Positions 26,307 to 39,480 of a DNA stretch of 64,000 nt are shown here, in pieces. Made by a program: the position numbers and the translations under genes. Source of the stretch: the human T2T-CHM13v2.0 reference genome, Homo sapiens. The stretch is from assembly GCF_009914755.1 (NCBI RefSeq), contig NC_060947.1; one strand, written 5' to 3'. Every line of letters starts with the position of its first letter. Position 1 is the stretch's first letter. Below the pieces are notes generated by a model. The model did not search any database, was not told the DNA's origin, and worked only from the letters and a program-made list of their open reading frames with translations.

Positions 26307-26882
26307 CAAAGAAAGTGAGTCAATGCTTTGAGATAACATAAAATAACTCAGCACTATTCAATATTTTATCGTCTCTGCTCTTTCCCCCAGTATTTCAGTC
26401 CTTGTGACAGAGTACTTGCTTGGTGGGCAGGGGAAAAAGAGGTAATATCTTATTTCTGCCATCTGGTGATTAAGCTATTAAGAAAATTATTCAATTAATA
26501 GATTGAACATTAATTATATGTGAATCTTGCAGATTCATTGGTTAGTTCTGTTTTACCAAGCATGTACAAAACAGGAAAACAAAGAACAATAAAGCATCAA
26601 GGTAGCCAGTTAATCACATTGCTTATCCATTCAGAAACTATTGAGAATTTCAGCTGTGGTGTTCAAAACATGGTCCTAGGATCTTTGTGGTTGTAAATGG
26701 AAAACACTGATAATGTAAGCAGGATATAATGTGTCACGTGTATGTAGGATCATTCTGTGTGCTCTGTGGTGGATGGGTTGATGAGTACCAATGTGTGTGA
26801 CACAGAAAGAATGGATGTAGGAAACTGATTAAGAGGCAGTCATACTTGTGAAAATAAGAAATAACCCTAACTTGTATTAGAA

Positions 26883-27108
26883 TAGCTTTTCTAACATAAA
26901 CACTATTGACATATTGAGCCAGGTAATTCTTTGCTGTGGGAGGTTATACTGTCCATTGCAGGATGTTTAGTAGCAACCCTGGCCTTCATTAAAGGGCATT
27001 ACTTGCCAATAACACCCTCTCCACCTGTGACAACCAAACAATGTTTCCAGATTTTGTTAAATGTTCTCTGAATGGGGGCAAAAACATGTCTTAGGTGACA
27101 GCCACTGG
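26883..27108. mobile_element. MER20 hAT MITE
   Basis: cactattgacatattgagccaggtaattctttgctgtggg...attgcaggatgtttagtagcaaccctggcc...gtgacaaccaaacaatgtttccaga. Confidence 0.88.
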
Positions 27109-27919
27109 ATGGAAATAATGACAGTGGGATGGCATTAAAGTGAATGGATTCTGCATGAGATTTGATGATAGGACTGATAGGATTTTCTAATGAATTATAT
27201 GTAAGAGTAAGGAAAATAAAGAAATTAAATTTAAGACAACTCGGGTTTTTGGCCTGGGCAACTGGACAAAGGAATATTCTATTTAATAAGAGGAAAAAGT
27301 GGGGAAATGGTAGACAAGGTTTAGCACTTACCAAGTTATACTGAAATGATATGTCTGCACTTCTCAATGGACTGAGTTTCCTGAGAGAATTTTTATATAG
27401 CATTCTAATGATCAAAACAGCACCTGGTGTCAGCATGACTGCCAGATGCATTGCACATGGTAAAAAAAGAAAGATTATTCAATTTTTAACTTGGGATATT
27501 GAGTGATGGTTGTGTTTCCTAAGATGGAGCCAACTAGAAGTAAACCATATTTGGGACTACAGATTGATGAGTTCAGTATTACACATGTTGATTTGGAGGT
27601 TCCTCTTTTTCATATATTGAAAATGTTTAATATGCAAATAGATGTGTTTGAAGTTCAGAAAAAAAGATGTCAGCTAAGAATAGATCTGAGAGTCATCGGC
27701 AATTAAATTCTAATTAAATCTATTTGGATAACTGAGATACCCCTGAGAGAGTATAGAGAAGAGAGTAAAAAAGTAGTCCTAGAGAATACAGACATTTAAA
27801 GGATGCACAAATGTTGTCCTTAGAAGGAAGCTAAGAAGAGACAGAGAAGAATAAATGTATATGTGAATGTGTGCATGCATGCATACACACACACTGTAAT
27901 GAGATACAGTAGAATAATA

Positions 27920-28165
27920 TTATTATCATGTAAAACATTCATTGAGTACATGTTATATGTCAAGAGGGCTCCTTATATGCATTACCTCATTAAATCTTTC
28001 CTGATAACCCTAAGAGTTGGATAGGTACTATTTTCTCCATTTAACAGGTAAGGACAATGAAATGCAAAAAGGTTAATTAATTTGCCCAAGGTTATCTTAA
28101 GTGAAAGCCTGAATTCAAATGGAGTAACTTAGAAGCCTATTCTCTTAACCACGGTGCTCTACACA
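27920..28165 (-). mobile_element. MIR
   Basis: ttctccatttaacaggtaaggacaatgaa...ggttaattaatttgcccaaggtta...ctcttaaccac. Confidence 0.8.
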
Positions 28166-28576
28166 AGTTAAAAAGAAAAGAGTGTCTTGGAGGAGGAAGT
28201 GTTGAATAGTGTTTAGTGCTAAGAGTGTAAGTTACATGAGAACTAAAAAGTGCTCACAAGACTTAGCGAAAGGAGCTCTGTAGTAAGACTGCTGTTAGAC
28301 TTACAGAGGTGCTATATAAACAGAGTGAGCTTGGAGTTCATTCAGGTTAAATGAAAGATGAGGAACTTGAGTTAGTGACTGAGGAAAAGTTCTTCAATAG
28401 GCTTTACTGAGAAGGTAAGAGAAGAGAAATGGGGTGGGAGACAGATTCCTCAAGACGGAAGGGAATTAAGCATGTTTACTTGTCAATGAGAAAAGTGTCA
28501 GGAAAAAGGTAAGAAGTCGAGGAAAAAAAAGTAAATGAAAGATTCAGAAAGTCCTCCAACAGTGAATTTAATCTTC

Positions 28577-29628
28577 TGTTGCCGGAAGTCAGGGACCCCA
28601 AATGGAGGGACCGGCTGAAGCCATGGCAGAAGAACATAAATTATGAAGATTTCATGGACATTTATTAGTTCCCCAAATTAATACTTTTATAATTTCTTAC
28701 GCCTGTCTTTACTGCAATCTCTGAACATAAGTTGTGAAGATTTCATGGACATTTATCACTTCCCCAATCAATACTCTTGTGTTTTCCTATGCTTGTCTTT
28801 ACTTTAATCTCTTAATCCCATCATCTTCGTAAGCTGAGCGTGTATGTCACCTCAGGACCCTGTGATGATTGCATTAACTGCACAAATTGTTTAAACAATA
28901 TGAAATCTGGGCACCTTGAAAAAAGAACAAGATAACAGCAATGTTCAGGGAACAAGGGAGATAACCATTAGGTATGGCTGCCTGAGAGCTGGGCAGAAAG
29001 AGCCATATTTCTCTTCTTTCAAAAGCAAATAGGAGAAATATCACTGAATTCTTTTTCTCAGCAAGGAACATCCCTGAGAAAGAGAATGTGTTCCTAGGGG
29101 TAGGCCTCTACAATGGCCACTCTGAGGATGTCTGTCTTTTACGGTTGTAGATATGTAGATAAGGGATGAAATAAGCCCTGGTCTCCTGTAGTGCTCCCAG
29201 GCTTATTAGGATGAGGAAATTCCCACCCAATAAATTTTGGTCAGACTGGTTTTCTGCTCTCAAACTCTGTCTCCTGATAAGATGTTATCAAGACAATGCG
29301 TGCCCCAAACTCATTAGCAATTTTAATTTTGCCCCGGTCCTGTGACCATTTGCCTTGTGATATTTTATTACCTTGTGAAGCATGTGATCTCTGTGACCCA
29401 CATCCTATTCATACCCTCCCTCCGCTTTTGAAAATCACTAATAAAAACTTGCTGGTTTTGCGGCTTGGGGGGCATCATGGAACCTGCTGACATGTGATGT
29501 CTCCCCCAGACACCCAGCTTTACAATTTCTCTCTTTTGTACTCTTTCCCTTTATTTCTCAGACCAGCCGACACCTAGGAAAATAGAAAAGAACTCACGTT
29601 GAATCATTGGTGGTGGGTTCCCCCGATA
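28577..29628 (+). mobile_element. MER11 (A/B) solo LTR of ERVK/HML-8
   Basis: tgttgccggaagtcagggaccccaaatggagggaccggctgaagccatggc ... gggttcccccgata; perfect 6-bp TSD atcttc (28571-6, 29629-34); AATAAA near 29440. Confidence 0.95.
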
Positions 29629-30821
29629 ATCTTCAACAGGAGGAACTTTTTCTTATGTTTCTTTGAAAGTGTCAGGTTGATGTTGTTTTTCCTAAACACC
29701 ACTGCCCTTTTCTAAATCTTTGGTCTTCAGTCTCACCTCCATTTGCCAGATAGAGAGAGACAGAAGGACACATATGTATCCTCTCTCCCACCCACACAAA
29801 ATCTCTGTTGGAAGATAAAGTATTTCTTTTTTCATTTGGGCACATGGAGGTGGAGATGAATAAACATTTGGGTCTCTAACTCTCTGCTCAACTAAGCATT
29901 AAATAATGAGGTGTTGCTACTCTTAAGGGTTGTTATAATCATGGCCTTCACTTCTTTCAGAGGCCCTTAGAAACTTTCAGCTAGTATGTGTTTGCAGTGA
30001 GCAAGCAATCCCATTTTTTAGGAAGAACAATAAACAAAGTCATCATTTTCCTGATCATTTTTTCACAAAATATAGTATGAGATAAACTCAGAATGAAATG
30101 TGGCATTTATTTAGTAACCAGTGGGATGAGTTTCACCTTTTGTGTAATCCTTGAATAGAGGAAGGGGCAACAGTAGCTACATAGTCCATCAAAGATTCAT
30201 GATAGTTAGATGTCAAACCTGCTTAGGGGAAGCCATGGAACAACATTGCTGTGGGTCACTAGAACAATGCAGTATCTATCTCAAAAGATAAGCTTTTTCT
30301 TTATCATAAAGAGATAGATTTATTTTCATAGAGCATAGGAGAATTTAGATCTCAAAGCAATCCATAGCCGTAGTAGAGTGACTGAAACTTCCAAGTTTAA
30401 TAGCTGAAGGTCATAAGCTTCAGTCGTGAAAGAAAATGGCCAGGCATTTCTTGCTAAGTGCTCAAAGAAATTACTGCCTCAATCCTGCATGAAAATGGTA
30501 AAAAGAATCTAGCAAATTCAATAATTTACATTATCTATTGCTTAGGTCACTTGCGGACATCTTATAATAAAGGCACATTAGCTGAACTGAAGAATACTGA
30601 GACATGAAAAAGCATTCCAAAGATCAACAAATCCAGGAGCTGGTTTTCCGAAAAAAAAATTAATAAAGAGATAGACTCCTAGCTAGAATAAAAAAGAAGA
30701 GAGAAGATTCAAATAAACACAATTAGAAATTACAAGGTAGATATTACCATTGACCCACGGAAATACAAACAACTATCAGAGAATATTATGAACACCTCTA
30801 TGCCCATACTAGAAAATCTAT

Positions 30822-31107
30822 GGCCAGGCGCAGTGGCTCACAACTGTAATCCCAGCACTTTGGGAGGCCAAGGTGGGCAGATCACGAGGTCAGGAGATCA
30901 AGACCATCCTGGCTAACACAGTGAAACCCCATCTCTACTAAAAAAAATGCAAAAAAAAATTAGCCGGGCACAGTGGCAGGTGCCTGTAGTCCCAGCTACT
31001 CAGGAGGCTGAGGCAGGAGAATGGCGTGAACCTGGGAGGCGGAGCTTGCAGTGAGCCGAGATAGCACCACTGCAGTCTGGCCTGGGTGAAAGGGTGAGAC
31101 TCCATCT

Positions 31108-31132
<25 letters not shown>
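30822..31132 (+). mobile_element. AluY nested in L1
   Basis: Y diagnostics atcacgaggtcaggagatc, atcctggctaacac, atggcgtgaacc, gagcttgcag; perfect TSD agaaaatctat (30811-21, 31133-43). Confidence 0.95.
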
Positions 31133-31138
<6 letters not shown>

Positions 31139-31256
31139 TCTATTAGAAATACATAAATTCCTGAACACATACACTCGTGCAAGACTGAGCCAGGAAAAAA
31201 TTGAATCCCAAAACAAACCAACAATGAGCTCTGAAATTGAGTCAGTAATAAATAGC

Positions 31257-31418
31257 TGATATGAGTTCACCAAAATCTCATGTCAAATTGTAATTTCCAG
31301 TGCTGGAGGAGGTACCTAGTGGGAGGTGATTGTATCATGGGGGTGGACTTCTTCCTTGCTGTTCTCGTGATAGAGTTCCCATAAGATCTGGTTGTTTGAA
31401 AGTGTGCAGTTCCTTTGT

Positions 31419-31456
<38 letters not shown>

Positions 31457-32300
31457 CAGATCCACTGACAGCTTGCACTGTGGATCTAGAAAAGCCACAG
31501 GCACTAAACACCAGCCCATGAAAGCATGCAGAGCCACAGGGGCAGAGCTTCCCAAGGCCTTGGGAGCTGACCACTTCGATCAGTGTGCCCTGGATGCCAG
31601 ACAAGGATTCAAAGGAGATAATTTTGGGCCTTTCAAATATAATGACTGCCGTGCTGGGCTTCAGACTTGCATGAGGCCTGTAGCTCCTTTGTTTTGGCCA
31701 ATTTATTCCTTTTGGAATGGGAGGATTTACCTGATCCCTGAATCCTCATTGTATCTTGGAAGTACCTACCTTGGTTTTATTTTATAGGCTCATAGGCAGA
31801 AGGTACTACTTGCATTGTCTCAGATGAGACTTTGGACTTGGAATTTTGAGTTAATGTTGGAATGAGTTAAGACTTTGGGAGACTCTTTGGAAGGCATAAT
31901 TTTGATTTGAAATGTGAGAAGGACGTGAGACTTGAGAGGGGCCAGGGGAAAAATGATATGTTTTGGTTCCGTGTCCCCATCCAAATCTCATGTCGAATTG
32001 TAATTCCCAGTGTTGCAAGAGGGTCTGGTGGGAGATCGTTCTATCATAGGATAGAGTTCACCCAGGCAAAAATCTGTTTGTTTGAAAATGTAGAACCTCT
32101 GGCTTCTCTCTCTTCTGCTGGCCATGTGCAGACATGCTTGCTTCACCTTCACCTGCCACCATGATTGTAAGTTTTCTGAGGCCTCCCCAGAAGCAGAAGC
32201 CTATACATTTACAGAATTGTGGGCAAATTAAACCTCTTTTCTTTATAAATTACCTAGTCTCAGCTATGTCTTTATTGCATTGTGAGAATGAATGAATACA
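31257..32300 (+). mobile_element. Internally deleted MST MaLR nested in L1: half 5' LTR 31257-31454, internal end 31455-31953, 3' LTR 31954-32300
   Basis: Homologous to 13738-16095; TSD atagc/ataac; L1 reads through across the insertion. Confidence 0.9.
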
Positions 32301-35300
32301 ATAACTTACCAACCAAAAAAAGTTCAGGACCAGATGGAGCCACAGCTGAATTCTACCAGATGTAGAAAGAACTGGTACAGTCCTGCTGAAACTATTTCAA
32401 ACAATTCAGAAGTAGGGCCTTCTCCCCAACTCATTCTATGAAGCCATCATCATCTTCATATCAAACCCTGGCAAATAACAACAAAAACATTTCAGACCAG
32501 TATTCTTGATAAACATCAGTGCAAAAATCCTCAACCAAACACTGACTGGCAAACCAAATGCGACAGCGCATCAAAAAGCTTATCTACGTGATCAGCTAGG
32601 CTTTATTCTTGGGATGCAAGGTTGGTTCAAGATACCTAAATTAATAAATGTGGTTGATCACCTAAACAGAACTAAAGACAAAAAAACACAAGATCATCTC
32701 AATAGATGCAGAAAAGGCTTTTCATAAAATTCAAGATGCCTTCATATTAAAAACTCAATGAACTATGTATTGAAGGGACACACCTTAAAATAATGAGAGA
32801 CGTCTATGACAAACCCACAGCCAACATCATACTGAATGGGCAAAAGCTGGAAGCTTTCCTCTTGAAAATCGGCACAACACAAGAATACCCTGTCATATAA
32901 CTCATATTCAATGTACTACTGGAAGTCCTGGCCAGGGGCAATCAGGGAATAGAAGGAAATAAAGGAATTCAAATAGGAAGTGAGGATTCAAACTATCACT
33001 GTTTGCAGACCACATGATCCTATGTCTAGAAAACCCCATACTCTCTTCCCAAAAGATTCTTAAGCTGATAAACAACTTTAGCAAAGTCTCAGAATACAAA
33101 ATAAGTGTGCAGTAATTACTAGCATTCCTATACACCAATAACACTCAAGATGAGAGCTAAACCAGGAATCCCACTTACAATTGCCACAAAAAGAGTAAAA
33201 TACCTAGGAATACAGTTAACCAGGGAGGTGAACGATCTCTACCAAAAGAACTGCAAAACAATGCTCAAAGAAATCAGAGATGAAACAAACAAATGGAAAA
33301 ACCTTCCATGCTCACTGATAGAAATAATCAATATTGTTAAAATGGTCATACTGCCCAAAGCAATTTATAGAGTCAATGCTATTCCTATTAAACTAACATT
33401 AACATTCTTCACAGAATTAGAAAAATCTATTTTAAAATTCATATGAAACAAAACAAAATGGCACAAATAGCCAAGGCAAAGGTAAGCAAAAAGAACAATG
33501 CTGAAGGCATCACACTACCCAACTTCAAATTATACTACAGGGCTACAGTAACCAAAACAACATGGCACTGGTACAAAAACAGCCACATAGACCAACGGAA
33601 CAGAATTAAGAACCCAGACATAAGGCCCCACACCTACACCTATCTGATCTTCAACAAAACTGAAAAAAGCAAGCTATGAGAAAAGGGTTCCCCATGCAAT
33701 AATTGTTGCTGGGAGAACTGGCTAGCCATATGCAGAAGATTGAAACTGGACCCTTTCTTACACCATACAAAAATTAACTCGAGATGGATTAAAACCCTAC
33801 ACATAAATAAAAACCCTGAAAGACAATCTAGGCAATACCATCTTGGACATAGGCACAAGCAAAGATTTCATGACGAAGACACTAAAAGTAATTGGAACAA
33901 AAGCAAAAATTGACAAATGGGCTATAACTAAAGAGCTTCTGTACAGCAAAAGAGTGAACAGACAACCTACAGAATCAGAGAAAAGTTTTGCACACTATGC
34001 ATCTGACCGAGGCCTGATATCTAGAATCTATAAGAAACTTTAACAAATTTACAAGTAAAAAACAACCCTATTAAAAAGTGGGCAAAGGACACGAACAGAA
34101 TCTTTTCAAAAGAAGACATGCACATGGCCAAAAATCAGATGATGAAATGCTTAACATCACTGATCATTAGAGAAATCCAAATCAAAATTGCAGTGAGATA
34201 CTGTCACACACTGTTCAGAATGGCTATTTATAAGAAGTAAAATAATAATAGATGCTGGCAAGGTTGTGGAGTAAAAGGAGAACTTATACACTGTTACTGG
34301 GAATGTAAATTAGTTCAACCATTGTGTAAGACAGAATGGTGATTTCTCAAAAAGCTAAAAACAGAAACACCATTGAACCCAGCAATCCCATCACAGTGTA
34401 TATACCCAAATAAATATTATTATAAAGACACATGCATTTGGATGTTCATTGCAGCACGATTCCCAATAGCAAAGACATGGAATCAACCTAAATGTCCATC
34501 AATGGTAGGCTGGATAAAGAAAATGTGGTACATACACACCATAGAAAACTATGCAGCCATAAAAAAGAATGAGACTATGTTATCTGCAGGAACATCAGTG
34601 GAGCTGCAGGCCATTATCCTTAGCAAACTAATGTAGGAACAGAAAACCAAATACCACATCTCACTTATAAGTGGAAGCTACATGATGAGAATACATGGAC
34701 CCATAGAGGGAAACAACACACAGTGGGGCTTATTGGAGGGTGGATGTTGGGAAGAGGGAGAGGATCAGGAAAAATATCTAATGTGTACCAGGCTTAATAC
34801 CTGAGTGACAAAATATTCCGTACAATAAACCCCCATGACACAAGTGTACCTATATAACAAACCTGCACGTGTACCCCTGAACTTAAAAGAAGCACATTAT
34901 TTTGTGAAGACAATAGACACAACAGTGAAAACAGTAAAATGACATAGGACTCTGGGGGAGAGAAAAGGCATTTTTAGAAATTCATAAAATGTCAGAAGAA
35001 AACCAAGTCATAATGTAAGTGGTGCTTTGGAGGTTGTGTGATTAATTTCTTTTGATAGAGTTGTCACAAACATGTGCCTACTGATAAAAAAAAATTTCCA
35101 TAGGGAAATGTGGAAACTTTGGCATGAAAGTCATTCCAAAACTGAAGCAGTGTGACAATCAACAGGGGTCAGCTATTAAGATACTGAGTTAAAATTTTGA
35201 GATAAATAAAAAGGAGGGAAAACAGGCTGATATAAAGAGTTGATTATATGGCAAATAAGAATCTTTGAAGGGACATATGGGTTAGAATTACTAATTTTAG

Positions 35301-35806
35301 AAAATAAAAGTAACTGATGAAATATAAATGTGTTGCAGATCACCTGATCAAAGACAATGTGATTAAAAAAGTAAAAGCTTGTTAAAAGCAAAGAGTATTT
35401 GCCATTAATAATTATAATAATCAAGTGGAAAGAATAAAACAGCAGATTTTTGGTGCTGGTATAGCATTCTTAAAATCACCAAACTCAGAATGTACAGGTT
35501 TTCACAAATCATATCAAATACTATGCATGTTACCTTTACAAGCATAAAATAGGTGGACATCTGGATAACTATACAAATTTTTGGCACTGGCTTTGCCAGT
35601 CAATGGAAATTTAGACTTTGAATTTTTCATTAAAAAATCTGTCCCTACACCATTACCTAACAAAATTGAAGTATCTTTCCAAATTAGGAATATATATCTA
35701 AATGTGAAACTTTACACTGTATTCTACAAGTGATAATGCATATCTCCTGTCTTCAATACCATCTGCCTCTTACACTGAGATTTACTGATGAAGAAAACAG
35801 GATCCT

Positions 35807-35978
35807 ACTGGGCATGGTGGCACGTGCCTATAGTTCCAGCTACTCAGGAGTCCGAGGCAAGAGGATTCATTGAGCCCAGAAGATTGAGATTGTAGTGCAT
35901 TAAAATCGATCATGCCTGTGAATAGCCTCTGCACTACAGATTGGGCAATATAGTTGGTAAAAAACAACAACAACAACC
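35807..35978 (+). mobile_element. FAM (fossil Alu monomer)
   Basis: Monomer with gcctgtgaatagcctctgcactacagattgggcaatatag, typical of FAM; (CAA)n tail. Confidence 0.75.
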
Positions 35979-36569
35979 CAGGCTCACTGATAATTGGTAA
36001 TATATCTGTCATCTGGGTTTCGATGCAACTGTTTCCCCTGACTTCCTATTATCAGGAAAGGAAAATAATATGCCTTTGTCAGTCTTGAATTAATCCAGGC
36101 TAATGTCATCATTCTCATAATTTTGCCACAGTTTTTGGTGAAACCTTATTAAAATGTCAAGCTAATTAGTTTTCAGTACTATTACCTAAAGCCTCTTGAT
36201 TTCCCAATACCCATTATAAAGTCATGATTCATGATGTACTGAGAAAAACTTACAGGCAACCTTTTCTCTGATAGATTTCCCATCATATCCTGAGCAGACA
36301 CGTCTATCATTCTATCACAAATTCCGCCTGTAGTCATACTTAAGCAAGTTAATTTGTGGCAGCTGGTAAAATGTTGCATGTGATTTTACATTTTTCACAA
36401 GTGGCATTGCATTTTACATTGAGCAACCTTCCCTTAATGGTTTGATGGTTTAGATGGTTGTAAAACTAGTGAGTGAACTGTCCATTTTCCCCAAAGCTAG
36501 TAATAGAAAATTTATCCTAGTTTGTGGTGTGTGTGTGTGTGTGTGTAAAATTAAATAAGAATGTATATT

Positions 36570-39480
36570 GCAATCATTCCCAGTCTGGCTAGAGGTTTCT
36601 CTAGAACAGGATTTTGGTTTCATTAATTGTCTCTATTGCTTTTCTGTTTTGATCATGACTATTTCCTTTCTTCTGCTAACTTGGGATTTATTTTTTAAAG
36701 GTTTTTTTTAAGGTGGAAATTTTGATCACTGATTGAAGGCCCTTCTAGTTTTCTAATACCAAAATTTAGTGCTGTAAATTTTTCTCACTAACTATTGCCT
36801 TAGTGGCTGATACGGTTTGGCTGTGTCGCCACCTAAATTTCATCTTGAACGGTAGCTCCCATAATACCTGTGTGTCATGGTGGGATGGACCCAGTGGGAG
36901 GTAACTGAATCGTGGGGCGGGTCTTTCCCATGCTGTTCTCATGATAGTGAATAAGTCTCGCAAGATGTGATGGTTTTATAAAGGGAGTTCCTCTACATAA
37001 GCTCTCTTGCTTGCCACCATGTAAGATGTGACTTTGCTCCTCATTTGCCTTCAGCCATGATGGTGAGGCCTTCCCAGCCATGTGGAACTGTGAGTCAATG
37101 AAACCTCTTTCCTTTAAAAATTACCCAGTCTCAAATATGTCTTTATTAGCAGCATGTGAATAGACTAATACAGTGGCATTCTGCAAATTCAAATAAATTA
37201 TGTTTTTATTTTTTCATTGCTAAATACATTAGAATTGTAGTTGATTTTATCTTTGACCCATGGATTATTTAGAGTATGTTCTTTATTTTTCAAATATTTA
37301 GTGATTTTTCTAGATAAATTTATATTGCTGATTTCTAATTTAATTCTATTGTGGGGATATAACATGAAAAGGATATGCATTCTATTGTTCAGAGTGTTCT
37401 GTAAGTATCAATTATGTCAAGTTGGTCAATACTGTTAACCAAATATGCAATTTTTTTATGATTTTCTGACTACTTGCTTTATCAGTTATTAACAGTATTT
37501 AGATTTCCAATGTAATTTTGATTTTTGTCTATATCTTTTGGATTTCAGTCACTATTTTCTTCCAGTGTTTAGAAGTTCTGTGTTTAGGGGCAGTGTTGAT
37601 AAAAATTTAGGATTGTTATGTTCTCTTGATGAATGTACTTCTTAACAATTATACAATGTCCTCTATTATCTGTGGCAGTATTCTATGATGTTAGTATGGC
37701 CTCCTATCTTTCTTTTAACTAGATAGCATGGTATCACTTTTACTATGATTTTACTTGTAACCTATCTGTGTCTTTTAAATTTTAACTGCATTTATTGTAG
37801 ACGTCATATACCTCCTTTATTTGCTTATTTTATCCTTTTTGTTATATTTTTAACTATACTTTTGTTTTCATTGTAATTTTAGTGCTTTCAGTTTATAGCA
37901 TACATTTTTAACTTTGATCTATTTTCATCATATTACGCAACTTCACGTATAGTATAAAATCTCAAAGTAATATACTTTCATGTCTCCACTCCTGAGGAGA
38001 AACGCACACACACACACACAAACACTCACACACATACACACACATGCACATATACTCCTACAGCACATTCCTATTGTTGTTTAATCAAACAAGTATTATT
38101 TAAACAGATTGAAATAATGATTAAAAACCTCACATATTTATGTATTCTGTTAGCATTTTATTTGTATAGGTACCACTTCTGATGTTCCTCCTGGCTTCCT
38201 ACCAGATTTCTAGGGGGTACTGTTTCCTTTCTCCTTGAAAGACTTCTACATCATGTCTTCTAACGTAGCTTGTTGCTGATGCATTCTTTCTACTTTTGTT
38301 TTTAAAATTCTTTATTGCAACTTGGAATTTGAAAGATGTTATTGTTGGGTATGATTTTCTAGGTTTACATTGCTTTTTTTTTTTACTTTAAGTATTCTGT
38401 AGATGTCACTCCATCATCTTCTGTCTTGCAATATTTCTGCTGGCAAAACTGTTTCAATACTTCTCTCTGTTCCTCTATACATAACAGGTCCTTTGTCCTT
38501 TTGCTACATTCAAGATACTCTTTTCAGTTTTTGACAATTTGATTGTGATATGCCTTCGTGTCATTTTCTTCATGATTCTTGTGCTTGTGGTTCTTTGAGG
38601 TTCTTGAATGTGTGGTACTATAGTTTTTATCACAGTTTTGGAAAAAAATAGTTATTCTTTCAATATTTTTCTGTCCCCTCCCTTGTTTACAGGACACAAA
38701 ACACGTTTACATTGAGCCCATTAGAACTGTTCCACAGCTGACTAATATTCTTCATTTTAAAAAATTACATTTTTCCTCTTTCATTTTACGTATTTTTTTG
38801 TGTTAGATGTACTCAGTACCGTGGTGACATATATAGTATGCCAACTTGTGTTTCTTTTGAAGTGTTTTGGCTATTATTGGCTCCCTGTTGTTTTAATAGT
38901 AACTTGTCAAGTTCTACAAGAATACCTATTGGAAGTTTTGATTATACTCTTACTAAATATTTAGTTTAATGAAGGAATAATTAAAAATTTATAGATTTGA
39001 TTCTTTCAGCTATTTTACTACATTTTTAATACACTCAGATCTTCCTTCATGATTTTAAATAAAATTTTGTTATATTATCCATAAAAATCTTGCAAATCTT
39101 GTTATTTTTTAAAAAGATACCTGTAGTTATTGTTTACCAAAAATAAAATTACTTCATTCTATTTTACCTTGTAATCACTTTGTTTTTGTTTTTGTATCGA
39201 AAGAATGTCATATTTCTACATTTTTTGTATCTAGCATCTTTGCTGAATTGCCTTTCTAGTGTTAATAATCATTTTTATATTCTCATGGATTTGCTATGTA
39301 GACAATTACATCATCCACAAATAAAGGCTATGTTGTTTATTCTTGCATTTTTAATTTATATTATTGCCTTAATGTATCAGCTAGGGCTTCCATTACATAA
39401 TTAAATGGAGTAAGAAATAATGAGCTTCTTTGTCTCATGTCTTACTTTAGTAGGATTGGTTCTAAAATCTTCCCAATCAT
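36570..39480 (-). mobile_element. Old L1M (ME/MD-like) fragments
   Basis: ttctaatttaattctattgtgg; ttgaaagatgttattgttgggtatg; tttgattgtgatatgccttcgtgtc; T-rich antisense L1 with several joins. Confidence 0.7.
36808..37172 (+). mobile_element. THE1 (B/C) solo LTR
   Basis: tgatacggtttggctgtgtcgccacc ... tagactaataca; perfect TSD gtggc (36803-7, 37173-7). Confidence 0.95.

Larger units (their letters stand above)
26680..28500 (-). mobile_element. Fragmented L2 with nested MER20 and MIR
   Basis: taggatcattctgtgtgctctgtgg; gggtttttggcctgggcaactggac; gatgagttcagtattacacatgttgatttggagg; atagatctgagagtcatcggca; boundaries approximate. Confidence 0.7.
30581..34890 (+). mobile_element. 5'-truncated L1PA (about PA13-16), decayed ORF2 to 3' end
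   Basis: ORF2 peptides in the ORF track (33150-33446 [15 protein letters not shown]...; 33443-33679; 34373-34636); 3' end aacctgcacgtgtacccctgaacttaaaa; TSD core gcacatta (30573-80, 34892-9). Confidence 0.93.

Noticed and set aside
26999-27451. 150-aa minus-strand ORF
   Set aside because: Spans MER20 and L2 fragments; chance ORF with no protein-like features.
28633-28805. Spaced direct repeats as a CRISPR-like array
   Set aside because: Only two units, internal to the MER11 LTR; eukaryotic context and no cas genes.
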